Below, piece by piece: positions 1-13,972 of a DNA stretch of 64,000 nucleotides. The translations under genes were made by a program, and so were the position numbers. Under the pieces are notes generated by a model. The model worked only from the letters and a program-made list of their open reading frames with translations, did not search any database and had not been told where the DNA came from. The DNA is from Eledone cirrhosa (lineage: Eukaryota): NCBI GenBank assembly GCA_964016885.1, contig OZ024741.1:219232001-219296000 (forward strand), written 5' to 3'. Numbering within the stretch: position 1 is the first letter of the stretch; each line of letters begins with the position of its first letter.

Positions 1-3000
1 TCTGTTATCTGTGTGTGTGTGTATAGCTGTTATCTATGTATGTATATCTGTTAACTGTGTGTGTGTATAGCTGTTATCTGTGTGTGTATATACCTGTTAT
101 CTGTGTGTGTATATATCTGTTATCTGTGTGTGTATATCTGTTATCTGTGTGTGATATCTGTTACCTGTGTGTGTATATCTGTTATCTCTGTGTGTGTATA
201 GCTGTTATCTGTGTGTGTATATCTGTTATCTGTGTGTGTGTATATCTGTTATCTGTATGTGTGTATATCTGTTATCTGTGTGTATATATCTGTTAACTGA
301 GTGTGTGTATATCTGTTATCTGTGTGTATATATCTGTTATCTGTGGGTGTATATAGCTGTAATCTGTGTGTGTGTATAGCTGTTATCTGTGTGTGTATAT
401 CTGTTAACTGTGTGTGTGTATATATGTTATCTGTGTGTGTGTATATCCGTTATCTGTGTGTGTATATCTGTTAACTGTGTGTGTGTATATATCTGTTAAC
501 TGTGTGTGTGTATATATGTTATCTGTGTGTGTGTGTATAGCTGTTATCTGTGTGTGTGTTTATATCTGTTATCTGTTAACTGTGTGTGTGTATATCTGTT
601 ATCTGTTGATTGCCTGTATATCTGTTATCTGTGTGTGTATATATCTGTTATCTGTGTGTGTGTATATATCTGTTATCTGTGTGTATATCTGTTATCTCTG
701 TGTGTGTATATATCTGTTATCTGTCTCTGTGTGTGTATATCTGTTAACTGTATGCACACTTATATATTATGCACATATGTTATCTGTGTGTGTGTATATC
801 TTTTATCTGTGTGTGTGTATATCTGTTATCTGTGTGTGTATATATCTGTTAACTATGTGTTAATCTGTTATCTGTGTATGTATATCTGTTAACTGTGTGT
901 GCATATATCTGTTAACTGTGTGTGTATATCTGTTAACTGTGTGTGTATATATCTGTTAACTGTGTGTGTATATATCTGTTAACTGTGTGTGTGTGTATAT
1001 ATGTTAACTGTGTGTGTATATATCTGTTAACTGTGTGTGTGTATATCTGTTAACTGTGTGTGTATATATCTGTTAACTGTGTGTGTATATATCTGTTAAC
1101 TGTGTGTCTGTATATCTGTTAACTGTGTGTGTATATCTGTTAAATGTGTGTGTGTATATCTGTTAACTGTGTGTGTATATATCTGTTAACTGTGTGTGTG
1201 TATATCTGTTAACTGTGTGTGTATATCTGTTAACTGTGTGTGTGTGTATATCTGTTAACTGTGTGTGTGTATATCTGTTAACTGTGTGTGTGTATATCTG
1301 TTAACTCTGTGTGTGTATATCTGTTAACTGTGTGTGTATATATCTGTTAACTGTGTGTGTGTATATCTGTTAACTGTGTGTGTATATATCTGTTAACTGT
1401 GTGTGTGTATATCTGTTAACTGTGTGTGTATATCTGTTAACTGTGTGTGTGTGTATATCTGTTAACTGTGTGTGTGTGTATATCTGTTAACTGTGTGTGT
1501 GTATATCTGTTAACTGTGTGTGTATATATCTGTTAACTGTGTGTGTATATATCTGTTAACTGTGTGTGTGTATATCTGTTAACTGTGTGTGTATATCTGT
1601 TAACTATGTGTGTGTGTATATCTGTTAACTGTGTGTGTGTATATCTGTTAACTGTGTGTGTATATATCTGTTAACTGTGTCTGTGTATATCTGTTAACTG
1701 TGTGTGTATATCTGTTAACTGTGTGTGTGTGTATATCTGTTACCTGTGTGTGTGTATATCTGTTAACTGTGTGTGTGTATATCTGTTAACTGTGTGTGTA
1801 TATATCTGTTAACTGTGTGTGTGTATATCTGTTAACTGTGTGTGTGTATATCTGTTAACTGTGTGTGTGTATATCTGTTAACTGTGTGTGTGTGTATATC
1901 TGTTAACTGTGTGTGTATATATCTGTTAACTGTGTGTGTGTATATCTGTTAACTGTGTGTGTGTATATCTGTTAACTGTGTGTGTATATATCTGTTAACT
2001 GTGTGTGTGTATATCTGTTAACTGTGTGTGTATATATCTGTTAACTGTGTGTGTGTATATATGTTAACTGTGTGTGTATATATCTGTTAACTGTGTGTGT
2101 GTGTATCTGTTAACTGTGTGTGTGTATATCTGTTAACTGTGTGTGTGTATATCTGTTAACTGTGTGTGTGTATATCTGTTAACTGTGTGTGTATATCTGT
2201 TAACTGTGTGTGTGTGTATCTGTGTGTCTGTGTGTCTATATCTGTTAACTGTGTGTGTGTGTATATCTCTTAACTGTGTGTGTGTATCTGTTAACTGTGT
2301 GTGTGTGTATCTGTGTGTCTGTGTGTATATATCTGTTAACTGTGTGTGTGTATGTTTGTGTGTATATATCTGTTATCTCTGTGTGTGTATATATCTGTTA
2401 TCTTTCTCTGTATGTGTATATCTGTTATCTGCATGTGTGCGTGAGTGTCACCTGTATCTGTTATCTGTGTGTGTGTGTTACCTGTGTGTGTGTGTATTAC
2501 CTGTGTGTGTGCGTGTATTATCTGTGTGTGTGTGTGTTACCTGTGTGTGTGTGTGTGTGTGTATTACCTGTGTGTGTATGTGTGTGTTACCTGTGTGTGT
2601 GTGTGATGTTACCTCTGTGTGTGTGTATGTGTGTGTTACCTGTGTATGTGCGTCTGTTACCTGTGTGTGTGTTACCTGTATGTGTGTGTGTGTCAGTTAT
2701 ATATATGTGTGTGTGTGTTACCTCTGTGTGTGTGTTACCTGTATGTATGTGTGTGTGTGTGTGTGTCAGTTATATATGTGTGTGTCTGTTACCTCTGTGT
2801 GTGTGTTACCTGTATGTGTGTGTGTGTGTCAGTTATATATGTGTGTGTGTCTGTTATATCTGTGTGTGTGTTACCTGTATGTGTGTGTGTGTCTGTTACC
2901 TCTGTGTGTGTGTTACCTGTATGTGTGTGTGTGTGTGTCAGTTATATATGTGTGTGTGTCTGTTACCTCTGTGTGTGTTACCTGTATGTGTGGGGGGTTG

Positions 3001-3795
3001 TTACCTCTGTGTGTGTGTTACCTGTATGTGTGTGTGTGTGTGTGTCAGTTATATATGTGTGTGTGCCTGTTACCTCTGTGTGTGTGTTACCTGTATGTGT
3101 GTGTGTGTGTGTCAGTTATATATGTGTGTGTCTGTTACCTCTGTGTGTGTTTTACCTGTATGTATGTGTGTGTGTGTGTCAGTTATATATGTGTGTGTGT
3201 GTGTGTGTTACCTCTGTGTGTGTGTTACCTGTATGTGTGTGTGTGTGTCAGTTATATATGTGTGTGTGTTACCTGTATGTGTGTGTGTGTCAGTTATATG
3301 TGTGTGTGTCTGTTACCTCTGTGTGTGTGTTACCTGTATGTGTGTGTGTGTGTCAGTTATATATGTGTGTGTGTCTGTTACCTCTGTGTGTGTGTTACCT
3401 GTATGTGTGTGTGTGTGTGTGTGTCAGTTATATATGTGTGTGTGTGTTACCTCTGTGTGTGTGTTACCTGTATGTGTGTGTGTGTCAGTTATATATGTGT
3501 GTGTGTCTGTTACCTCTGTGTGTGTGTTACCTGTATGTGTGTGTGTGTGTCAGTTATATATGTGTGTGTTACCTGTATGTGTGTGTGTGTCAGTTATATA
3601 TGTGTGTGTGTGTGTGTTACCTCTGTGTGTCTGTTACCTGTATGTGTGTGTGTGTGTCAGTTATATATGTGTGTGTTACCTGTATGTATGTGTGTGTGTG
3701 TGTCAGTTATATATGTATGTGTGTCTGTTACCTCTGTGTGTGTGTTACCTGTATGTGTGTGTGTGTGTGTGTCAGTTATATATGTGTGTTTATGT
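1..3795. repeat. TG-rich minisatellite with three sub-domains (TATATCTGTTATC(TG)n; TATATCTGTTAAC(TG)n; GTTACCTCTG../GTCAGTTATAT..)
   Basis: Directly visible tandem units of ~20-60 bp. The overlapping C/V/Y-rich ORFs are artefacts. Confidence 0.97.
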
Positions 3796-4159
3796 AAGAT
3801 GTAGTATATATTACTATAAGTGTTGCTTGTTCCTTATATTTGTTTGTTTAATTTATTTATTTCTGTCCCTTTTTCAACAAACAAATGCTTCCTCTTTGGT
3901 CGTTGCTGTAATCACTTTAAATGTTGATAGTATCTACTCTCTGATTCTAAATGGCTTTTTAAGGAGTTCAGCGCCACCTCTTGAGAATTATGTCAAGGGT
4001 TGTCAACTGTAATACTCAGCACCTTTATTTATTCGTTATTTTAAGGATTGCCCAGTTTATCAAACAACTGAATACTTATTTTCATAATTAAGCACACATT
4101 GACAATGTGTAACAACACTGAAATGTATCTGCTGGTCTTACCCCAATGGTGACATAACG

Positions 4160-4810
4160 GTGGTGGATTGGCAGTATCAGTAGACAGAGTTGGAAAACAT
4201 GTTTTGCAGAATATAGTTATGTCCCTTTACACTCTGAGGTTCAAATCTCGCTGAGATTAGCTTTTGCCTTTCATCCTTATGGGGTCGGTGGGAGTCAAGA
4301 AATTAAAAGTACCAGTAATGCACTGGGCTCAATTTAATCAACTTTTCCCTCCCCAAAATTGTTAGCCTTGTGTCTAAATCAGAGACCATTATTAATGGCA
4401 GTATCGGTAGAGGGTCGGACGCCATGCTTTCCAGCATAGTTACGTCCCTTTACGATCTGAGTTCAAATCCCGCCGAGGTTGACTTTGCCTTTCATCCTTA
4501 CGGGGTCGATAAAATAAAGTACCAGTAATGCACTGGGTAATTGCTGGCCTTGTGCCTAAAGTAGAAACAATTATTAAATACATAAAAGGAAGTGGATTGG
4601 CAGTATCGGTAGAGTGTCGGACAGAATGTTTTTTTGGCATAGAGTTACACCTCTTTACGTTCTGAGTTCAACTCTCACCCAAGTTAGCTCTGACTTTCAT
4701 CTTTACAGGGGCCGAAAAAATAAAATACCAGTAATGCACTGGGGTCAATTTAATCGACTTTCCCTTCACCCAAAATTGTTGGCTTTGTGCCTAAATTAGA
4801 CACTATAATT
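4160..4810 (+). mobile_element. Three head-to-tail copies of a tRNA-derived SINE
   Basis: Each copy has a TGGCAGTATC-type A-box-like head, a GTTCAA B-box and a central CTTTCATC..GGGGTCG..ACCAGTAATGCACTGG block. The same family recurs more than 10 times in the window. Confidence 0.85.
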
Positions 4811-4909
4811 AAGCTATTACTGACAAGGTGTAACAACAGTGAAATATATCTGCCAGTCTTATACCATTGGTAAAGAAACGGTGATTGATCGCAGCTAGAT
4901 TTAAGCATC

Positions 4910-5500
4910 TTCATCATCATCACTCTTTAATGTCCATTTTTCCATGCTAGCATGGGTTAGGCAAGTTGTGAGACAAGTCAGAGCAGGTGACTGTCTTTCT
5001 CATACAGAACTGATTCTGGCCAGGTGAACTGAGCACTTTTTGTTGTGTGACCTACATGACCACTTTACAGTGTAGACTAGGTGCTTCTTGCCATGACACC
5101 TACACAACCACTTTACAGTGTGGACTGGGTGCTTCTTGTCATGACTCCTACACAACCACTCTACAATGTAGGCTGGGTACTTTTTGTTATGACATCTACA
5201 GAACCAATTTACAGTGAGGAATGAGCACATTTTATCATGACACCTACACAACCACTTTGTAGTGTGGACTGGGCAGATTTTGTCATAACACCTACACAAC
5301 CACTTTATAGTGTGGATTGGGCACTTTTGTCATGCGACCAACTTCACAGTGTGGACTGGGCACATTTCCTCATGACACCTACACGAACCACTTTACAATG
5401 TGGACTGGGCACTTTTTGTCATGTCACCAACACAACCACTTTACAGTATGTACTGGGCACTTTTTGTCATGTCACCAGCACAACCATTTTACAGTATGTT
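4910..5500 (-). mobile_element. RTE-tailed SINE/LINE 3' end with degenerate 48-bp repeats
   Basis: Reverse complement of AACCCATGCTAGCATGGAAAAATGGACATTAAA..(GAT)n, followed by ~9 diverged copies of the 48-bp unit seen at 17600-18760. Confidence 0.75.
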
Positions 5501-5706
5501 TATTATATGTGAAATATACTTATTGTATTATATATGGATTCTTAAAACACCTTTGTTCAGAATCACACTGTGATTCTGTTACTAATCAACATTAATTCTG
5601 CTAACATAATACATCTACGTTTAATTTCAACAAGAACATTTGTTGTTGTCATTATAGTTATTGCTGTTGTTGTTGTTGTTGTTGTTGTTGTCATTATAGT
5701 TATTGC

Positions 5707-5742
<36 letters not shown>

Positions 5743-5844
5743 CATTATAGTTATTGCTGTTGTTGTTGTTGTTGTTGTTGCTGTTCCAAACATCAAATTA
5801 ATGAGAAAGTTAGTTATATTACTAAATCTCTCCAAATTCTTTCT

Positions 5845-5966
5845 GAGTGTGTGTGTGTGTGAATCTATATGTGTGGGTGTGATTGTGTCAGTATAGGTCA
5901 TATGTATGTGTGTGTGTGTGTGGGGGGGGTGTATGTGTGGGTGTGATTGTGTCAGTATAGGTCATA

Positions 5967-5998
<32 letters not shown>

Positions 5999-6611
5999 AA
6001 TCTATATGTGTGGGTGTGATTGTGTCAGTATAGGTCATATGTATGTGTGTGTGTGTGTATGTGTGGGTGTGATTGTGTCAGTATGGGTATAGGTCATGTG
6101 TGTGTCTATGTGTGTGTGTGTGTGTGTGTGGGTGTGATTGTGTCAGTATAGGTCATTTGTGTGTCTGTGTGTGTGTGTATGCGTGTATGTGTGTATGTGT
6201 GTGTGTGTCAGTATATGTCATGTGTGTGTGTGTGTGTTTGTGTGTGTTCGTATATGTTATGTGTGTGTGTGTGTGTGTGTATCTCTGAGTGTTTGTGTGT
6301 GTGTGTATCTCTAAGTGTTTGTGTGAGTGTGATTGTGTCAGTATAGGTCATGTGTGTGTCTATGTGTGTGTGTGTATGTGTGTGTATCTGTGTGTGTGGG
6401 TGTGATTGTGTCAGAATATGTCATGTGTGTGTATACCTGTATGTATGTGTATGTGTGCGTGTGATTGTGTCAGTATATGTCGTGTGTGTGGGTGTGATTG
6501 TGTCAGTATATGTCGTGTGTGTGGGTGTGATTGTGTCAGTATATGTCGTGTGTGTGGGTGTGATTGTGTCAGTATATGTCATGTGTGTGTGTGTGTATGT
6601 ACCTGTATGTA

Positions 6612-6642
<31 letters not shown>

Positions 6643-6907
6643 CTATGTCTGTGTATATTTCTGTGTATGTCTGAATGCGTGTGTGCCTGTATATCTGTGG
6701 GTGTATGTGAGTGGCTCTGTGTGTGTCTGTGAGTCTATATGCGTCTGTCTCTATATGTCTGTATGTGTCTGTAAGTATGTGTAGCTGTGTGCATATGTGG
6801 GTGTCTATATTTGAATATCTGTGTAAGTCTGTGTGTGTGTGTGTGAGTCTGTATGTGTATGTATATATGTGTAGCTGTGTGTATATGTGAGTGTCTGTGT
6901 GCATCTG

Positions 6908-6938
<31 letters not shown>

Positions 6939-6960
6939 GTGTATGTTTCTGTATATGTGT
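5845..6960. repeat. TG-rich minisatellite (GTGGGTGTGATTGTGTCAGTATA core)
   Basis: Visible tandem units. Confidence 0.9.
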
Positions 6961-7304
6961 AAGATAGTGTATGTATGTAGATGGTATGTATGAGTGTTAT
7001 TCTCAGCCACCCACTGCGCCACCCTGCCCCTCACCCATGTGCCAGTGTGTTTATCAGGTGATATTTTACCTGTTCATTGTTGATATGAACCTACTTCAAT
7101 GGAGACAATATGTCTCTCACATTTCATTCCAGCATCGTTTATATTTAAGGCACAAGGCCAGCAATTTTGGTGGATGGGGGCGGGGGAAGGGCGTCATTAT
7201 ATTGAGCCCCCTTCCCCAGGTATATAACTGGTACTAAGGCCAGCAATTTAGGGGAAGGGGAAAGTTGATTATATTTACTCCAAGTCTATAACTGGTAATG
7301 AGGC

Positions 7305-7635
7305 TAATTGGCAGAGTTGTTAAAACGTCAGATAGAATGCTTTATGGTAATCACTCCAGCTCTCTGCTTTCTGAGTTTAAATCCTACCAAGGTCAACTTT
7401 GCCTTTCATCCTTTCGAGGTCGATAAAAAAAGTACCAGTCTAGTACTGGGGTCGATTCTTCCTCTATATCTTTCTATTTCTTCTCTCTCACTTTCTATCT
7501 TTCTCTGAAAGAAATCTGCTGTACTCAGGCGTGGAGAGGGATGGGCTCTGCCAGGATTAAAATGCCCAAGAAATACTGTATGTCAATATGGTGCCCCTAT
7601 GACTCTATCAGGAGTTTCGGGACCATACATACATA
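7305..7635 (+). mobile_element. tRNA-derived SINE with alternative 3' tail ending in (ATAC)n
   Basis: SINE head and central block, then CTGCTGTACTCAGGC..ATGCCCAAGAAAT..ACTCTATCAGGAGTT. Homologous along its length to 55001-55360. Confidence 0.7.
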
Positions 7636-7849
7636 CCATAAAATTTAGGCACAAGTCTAGCAATTTATGGGAAAGGGAAGTTGATTATATTAACCCAAAG
7701 TATATAACTGGTACAATATTTCATTAACAAATGATACTGAAATAATGGTTTCTAATTTAGGCACAAGACCAGTCATTTTGAGAGAAGGGGAAAGTCGATT
7801 ATATTGACTCCAAGTATTTAACTGGTACTTTATCTTATTGACTACACAA

Positions 7850-8160
7850 TAGAGTGTGTGGCTCAGAGATCAGAGAGTCACTCCAGGTAGAGCAGCTATT
7901 GAGAGATCACACACAGTTCCGTTGTTATGGGCATGTAGTTAGAATGTCACAGGAAAGAATTGCTGGACAGATTTTACAGGTAAAACCAGCTGGTAGGAGA
8001 CCCAGAAGTTGACCCCGAGCAAGATGGTTGGATAACATCTATGAGCTTGGCTGGTCTTGCCTGGGGATCCAGGTTGATTCTGACAGGACTCGCTGGAAGG
8101 AGTGTTTGAGGACTCTCCCTCCACGACCCTCCCGGGAATAAGTGGGCGGCAAAGAAGACA
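7850..8160 (+). mobile_element. Degenerate RTE-clade LINE 3' fragment
   Basis: Translates to RMSQERIAGQILQVKPAGRRPRS*PRARWLDNI, matching the RTE C-terminal GRRPRGRPRxRW motif. A homolog lies at 49020-49320. Confidence 0.6.
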
Positions 8161-8598
8161 AAGAATGAAATGCAAAGTTAACCTTGGTGGGATTTGAACT
8201 GAGAACATAGGGTTTCTAAGATAAGATAAGCTCAAGGCCAGCAATTTGTGGGGAAGGGGAAAGTTGAATAAATCAACCCCAGTATTTAACAATAAAATTA
8301 AATACCAGTTATGTACTGGGTCAATATAATACACTTTCACCTTCACAAATTGATGACCTTGTTACAATGTTAGAAAGAATTAAGTCACCTTACGCACACA
8401 CACATACATACACATACACATACATACACATACACATATACACACACACATATATACATACTTAGACACATGTACATACCTACACACACACACACACACA
8501 CACATACATACACATACATACACATACACATACATACATGCACACACACACACACATACATACACATACATACACACACATACATACTCAGATATATA

Positions 8599-9281
8599 CA
8601 GTGGGTCCTCGATATACGGTAGTTCTTTATCCAGTAAATTCACAGATACAGTTTTGGGTAATAACTACCATCAATACTATTTACGGTAAAAAAAATTCAC
8701 AGATACAGTTTTTGCTCGTGTTTTGTTTATATTGTCTGTTACCTCTGTGTGTGTGTTACCACGCTGAACCACTCTCCAATGATGAACTCATAGAACTAGA
8801 CAAGGCGATACAGGAGACAGAAAAAGAAGAGGAGGAAGAAGAACCTGTGCGTGGCTTGGACATAAAAACTCTAAGAGAATGTCTCGGGAGTATTGAAACA
8901 ATCTTAGAAACTCTGAAAGAGCGTGACCCCCAACCCTGCTAGGAGCAGCAAAGTGGCTCAAGACGTCGAGAAAAGCGTCAAGATTTACCAAGAAATGTAT
9001 GAAGCCAAAAGAAACACAGCCAAACGTCCTCCATCTACTCTTTCTTCAAGCCAGTCACACCTGCCAACCGTGCTACAGCTGGCCCTTCAACATCCACTGC
9101 AGTCAACGAGTTTGTTGGTTTTGAGCCTCCCACATCACCCTCATCCTCCCCTGCCAACTCAGCCCAAGATGAGTAAGGGCTGAAACCCATACTGTTCCTT
9201 ATAATGGGTTCATTATACGGTAATTCGATATACGATAAGGGTTTCAGGAATGCATATATACCGTATATCGAGGACTCACTG
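8599..9281 (+). mobile_element. Tigger/pogo-family DNA transposon, internal deletion derivative
   Basis: 21-bp TIRs CAGTGGGTCCTCGATATACGG / CCGTATATCGAGGACTCACTG (1 mismatch) with TA on both sides. The internal remnant HAEPLSNDELIEL...ERDPNPARSSKV...YQEMY resembles a Tigger transposase C-terminus. Confidence 0.9.
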
Positions 9282-9409
9282 TACATACATACAGACACAC
9301 ACATACACACACACACACTCATACACACATACACACACACATACAACCTACGCCAGCATGGAAAATTGGACATTGACCGGTGATGATGATGATGATGATG
9401 ACATACTCA

Positions 9410-9614
9410 CCACCTCCCCCTAACCACAACACTACCACAATCACCAACACCACACCAACCACACCAATACTACACCTCACCACCACCACCACCACCAACA
9501 GCTCCACCACCATCACCAACACCAACACTACCACCACCACCACCTCCACCACTATTCCTTACCACTAACAACAACAACACTAACACCACCACGACTAACA
9601 CCACCACCACTACC

Positions 9615-9645
<31 letters not shown>

Positions 9646-9778
9646 CTAACACCACCACCACTACCACCACCAACACCATCACAAACATCACTACCACCAA
9701 CACCACAATGACAACGACCACCACGATGAACACTTACACCAACACCACCAACAACAACAACAATAACAGCAACAACAA

Positions 9779-9810
<32 letters not shown>

Positions 9811-10029
9811 ACTGCAACAGCAACAACAGCAACAGCAACAACAACAACAACAACAACAACAACAGCAGCAGCAGCAACAACAGCAACAACAGCAACAACA
9901 ACAACAACACCAACAACAACAGTAACAACAATAACAACAACAACAACAGGAACAACAACAACACCAACAACAGCAACAACAGCAACAACAACAACAGCAA
10001 CAACAACTGCAACAACAACATCATCAACC

Positions 10030-10067
<38 letters not shown>

Positions 10068-10076
10068 AACAACACC

Positions 10077-10131
<55 letters not shown>

Positions 10132-10270
10132 ACCACAACAGCAACAACCACAACAGCAACCACAACAACAGCAACAACAACAACAACAACAACAACAACA
10201 GCAACCACAACAACAACAACAACAACAACAACAGCAGCAACCACAACAACAACAACAACAACAGCAACAT
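9410..10270. repeat. (ACC)n/(AAC)n/(AGC)n microsatellite complex
   Basis: Visible trinucleotide arrays. Confidence 0.95.
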
Positions 10271-10319
10271 AACAATTGATTTATTCAATTCATTAAAAGA
10301 CCTTGACAAAAATCTGTCT

Positions 10320-10990
10320 TTGTTATCTTCTCTCTCTCCCACAATCTCTTTGTCTCTCTCTGTCTCTTTCTCTCTCTCACTCTCACTCTCTCTGTCTCTT
10401 TCTCACTCTCTCTGTCTCTTTCTCACTCTCGCTCTCTCTGTCTCTCTCTCACTGTCTCTCTCTCTCACTCTCACTGTCTCTTGTTCACTCTCTCTCTCTC
10501 TCTCTCTCACTTTCTCTCTCTCTGTCTCTCTCTCACTGTCTCTCTCTCTCACTCTCACTCTCTCTGTCTCTTTCTCACCCTCGCTCTCTCTGTCTCTCTC
10601 TCTCTTACTCTCTCTCGCTTTCTCTCTCTCACTTTCTCTATCTCTCTGTCTCTCTCAGCCTCTTATATCTCAATCTATTTATCTCTCTATTTATCTACGC
10701 CCACCCCCACACTCTCTTTCACTCTTCTTCCCTCTGTCCTCCTTTCACTCTGTCTATTTATCTCCCCCCACACACTCACTCTCTCTCTCTCTCACTCTAT
10801 ATATATATATATACACACACACAACACACACATATATATATATATATATATGTAGCTATACCTCATTTTTTTATCGTTCTCTATCTTTCTCCCAGTCTCT
10901 CTCTCTGTCCATCTGTGTATTGGACATGTATTTGAGTGTATGTGTGTGTACATAAGTATGTGTGTGTGTATACTTGTGCATGTGCATGTG

Positions 10991-11055
<65 letters not shown>

Positions 11056-11062
11056 ATGTGTG
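10320..11062. repeat. (CT)n, (TA)n and (TG)n microsatellites
   Basis: Visible. Confidence 0.9.
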
Positions 11063-11226
11063 TTTAGCCTCAGACAGTATTGTTTGACTGTCAGATATAA
11101 TTAGGTGTGCCACAAAAGAGCAAGATTTTATTTCAATATGTGAAAGTATATGAATTGAAATTTTTAGTAAAGTTGATACATAACTGTCAAAGTGGGAAAC
11201 AACTTAACTAAGAATGAAAACTTTGA

Positions 11227-13412
11227 CTAGAAAACCCCCACCAAACAGATGTCTAAAAACCCCACCAAACACATGTCTAGAAAAACTCCACCAATCAGAT
11301 GTATGAAAACCCCATCAAACAAATGTCTAAATACCCCACCAAACAGATGTCTAAAAAATCCCACCAAACAGATGTCTAAAAACTCCACCAAACAGATGTA
11401 TAAAAAAAACCCACCAAACAGATGTCTATAATCCCCACCAAACAGATGTCTAAAAACCCCACCAAACAAGTCTAAAAACCCCACCAAATAGATATCTAAA
11501 AACCCCACCAAACAGATGTCTAAAAACCCCACCAAACAGATGTCTAGGAAAACCCCACCAAACACATGTCTGGGAAAAATCCCCAAAACAGATGTCTAAA
11601 ATCTCCACAAACAGATGTCTAAAAACCCCACCAAACAGATGTCTAAAGACCCCACCAAACAAATGTCTAGGAAAACCGCACTGAACACATGTCTAGGAAA
11701 ACTCCACAAAACAGATGTCTAAAATCCCCACCAGGATGTCTAAAAACCCCACCAAACAGATGTCTAAAACCCCCACCAAACACAGATCCAGGAAAACCCC
11801 ACTAAACAGATTTAAAAAAAAAGCCCAACAAACAGATGTCTAAAAACCACACCAAACACATGTCTAGAGGAACTCCACCAAACAGATGTCTAAAGCCCCA
11901 CCAAACAGATGTCTAAAACCCCACCAAACAGATGTCTAAAAACTCCACCTTAAAATGTCTAAAAAACGTCACCAAACAGATGTCTAATAACCCCACTAAA
12001 CAGATGTCTAAAAACCCCACCAAACAGATGTCTAAAAACCCCACCAAACACATGTCTAAAAACCCCACCAAACAGATGTCTAATAACCCCACTAAACAGA
12101 TGTCTAAAAACTCCACCAAACAGATGTCTAAAAACTCCACCTTAAAATGTCTAAAAAAACCCACCAAACAGATGTCTAATAACCCCACTAAACAGATGTC
12201 TAAAAACCCCACCAAACAGATGTCTAAAAACCCCACCAAACACATGTCTAAAAACCCCACCAAACAGATATCTAATAACCCCACAAAACACATGTCTAAA
12301 AACTCCACCAAACAGTTGTCTATGAAAACCCCACCAAACAGATGTCTAAAAGCCCCACCAAACAGATGTCTAAAAACTCCACCAAACAGATGTCTAAAAA
12401 CCACACCAAACACATGACTAGAAAAACTCCACCAAACAAATGTCTAAAACCCCACCAAACAGATGTCTAAAAACCCCACCAAACAGATGTCTAAAAATTC
12501 CCCCAAACAGATGTCTAAAAACTCCACCAAACAGATGTCTAAAAACCCCACCAAACAGATGTCTAAAAACCCCACCAAACAGATGTCTAAAAACCCCACC
12601 AAACAGATGTCTAAAAACTCCACCAAATAGATGTCTAAAAACCCCACCAAACACATGTCTAGGAAAACCGCACTGAACACATGTCTAGGAAAACTCCACA
12701 AAACAGATGTCTAAAATCCCCACCAAACAGATGTCTAAAATCCCCACCAGGATGTCTAAAAACCCCACCAAAAAGATGTCTAAAACCCCCACCAAACACA
12801 GATCTAGGAAAACCCCACTAAACAGATTTAAAAAAAACCCCCAACAAACAGATGTCTAAAAAACCACACCAAACACATGTCTAGATGAACTCCACCAAAC
12901 AGATGTCTAAAGCCCCACCAAACAGATGTCTAAAACCCCACCAAACAGATGTCTAAAAACTCCACCTTAAAATGTCTAAAAATCGTCACCAAACAGATGT
13001 CTAATAACCCCACTAAACAGATGTCTAAAAACCCCACCAAACATGTCTAAAAACCCCACCAAACACATGTCTAAAAACCCCACCAAACAGATGTCTAAAA
13101 ATTCCCCCAAACAGATGTCTAAAACCCCCACCAAACAGATGTCTAAAAACCCCACCAAACAGATGTCTAAAAACCCCACCAAACAGATGTCTAAAAACCC
13201 CACCAAACAGATGTCCTAAAACTCCACCAAACAGATGTCTAAAAACCCCACCAAACAGATGTCTAAAAAGCCCACCAAACAGATGTCTAAAAACTCCACC
13301 AAATAGATGTCTAAAAACCCCACCAAACACATGTCTAGGAAAACCCCACCAAACACATGTCTAGGAAAACCCCACCAAACACATGTCTAGGAAAACCCCA
13401 CCAAACACATGT
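11227..13412. repeat. ~24-bp minisatellite CCACCAAACAGATGTCTAAAAACC
   Basis: About 90 tandem units. The TPPNRCLK / FLDICLVG peptide repeats are artefacts of the 24-bp period. Confidence 0.97.
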
Positions 13413-13474
13413 TTGTCATTGATAACTTTGCTCCATTTATTGAGTAAAGAATGAAGTGTGAAAAATATATTTCT

Positions 13475-13772
13475 GAAAGTCATGACAGCACAGCTCCCAT
13501 AAGTTTCGAAAACATTTTTTTCACGCTCAGAGTTGTTGAAGCATAGAACAAACTACCTGAATCAGTTGTTAGATGTCGGACACTGCCTCCTTCAAAACAT
13601 CCATGCTTCCCGAAATTCGCCAACACTACACCTGATATTCCCCCTCCATACACACACATGCATGTGTGTGTGCATGTATATTATGACTCATACACTGTTC
13701 ACTTTCTTGACATTTGTATTATTCTATGTTCTATACATGCACCTTTGATGAGTTGTAGTGCACCTGAGCACA
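13475..13772 (+). mobile_element. CR1-type LINE 3' end
   Basis: Reverse-complement homology to 34770-35040, ending in GAGTTGTAGTGCACCTGAGCAC. Confidence 0.75.
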
Positions 13773-13777
13773 GTAAC

Positions 13778-13972
13778 GGCAGTGGATTGGCCATATCGGT
13801 AGAGGATCGGACACCATGCTTTGACACAGAGTTATGGCCCTTGCCATTCTGAGTTCAAATTCCGCTGAGGTTAACTTTGCCTTTCATCGTTACAGGGTCG
13901 ATAAAATAAAGTGCCAATAATGCGCTGGGATAATTGCTGGCCTTGTGCCAAAAGTAGAAACAATTATTATTA
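13778..13972 (+). mobile_element. tRNA-derived SINE
   Basis: Same family as 4160-4810. Confidence 0.85.

Noticed and set aside
36-4012. Long Cys/Val/Tyr-rich ORFs (up to 585 aa)
   Set aside because: Translations of a TG minisatellite that are open in several frames, with no domain content.
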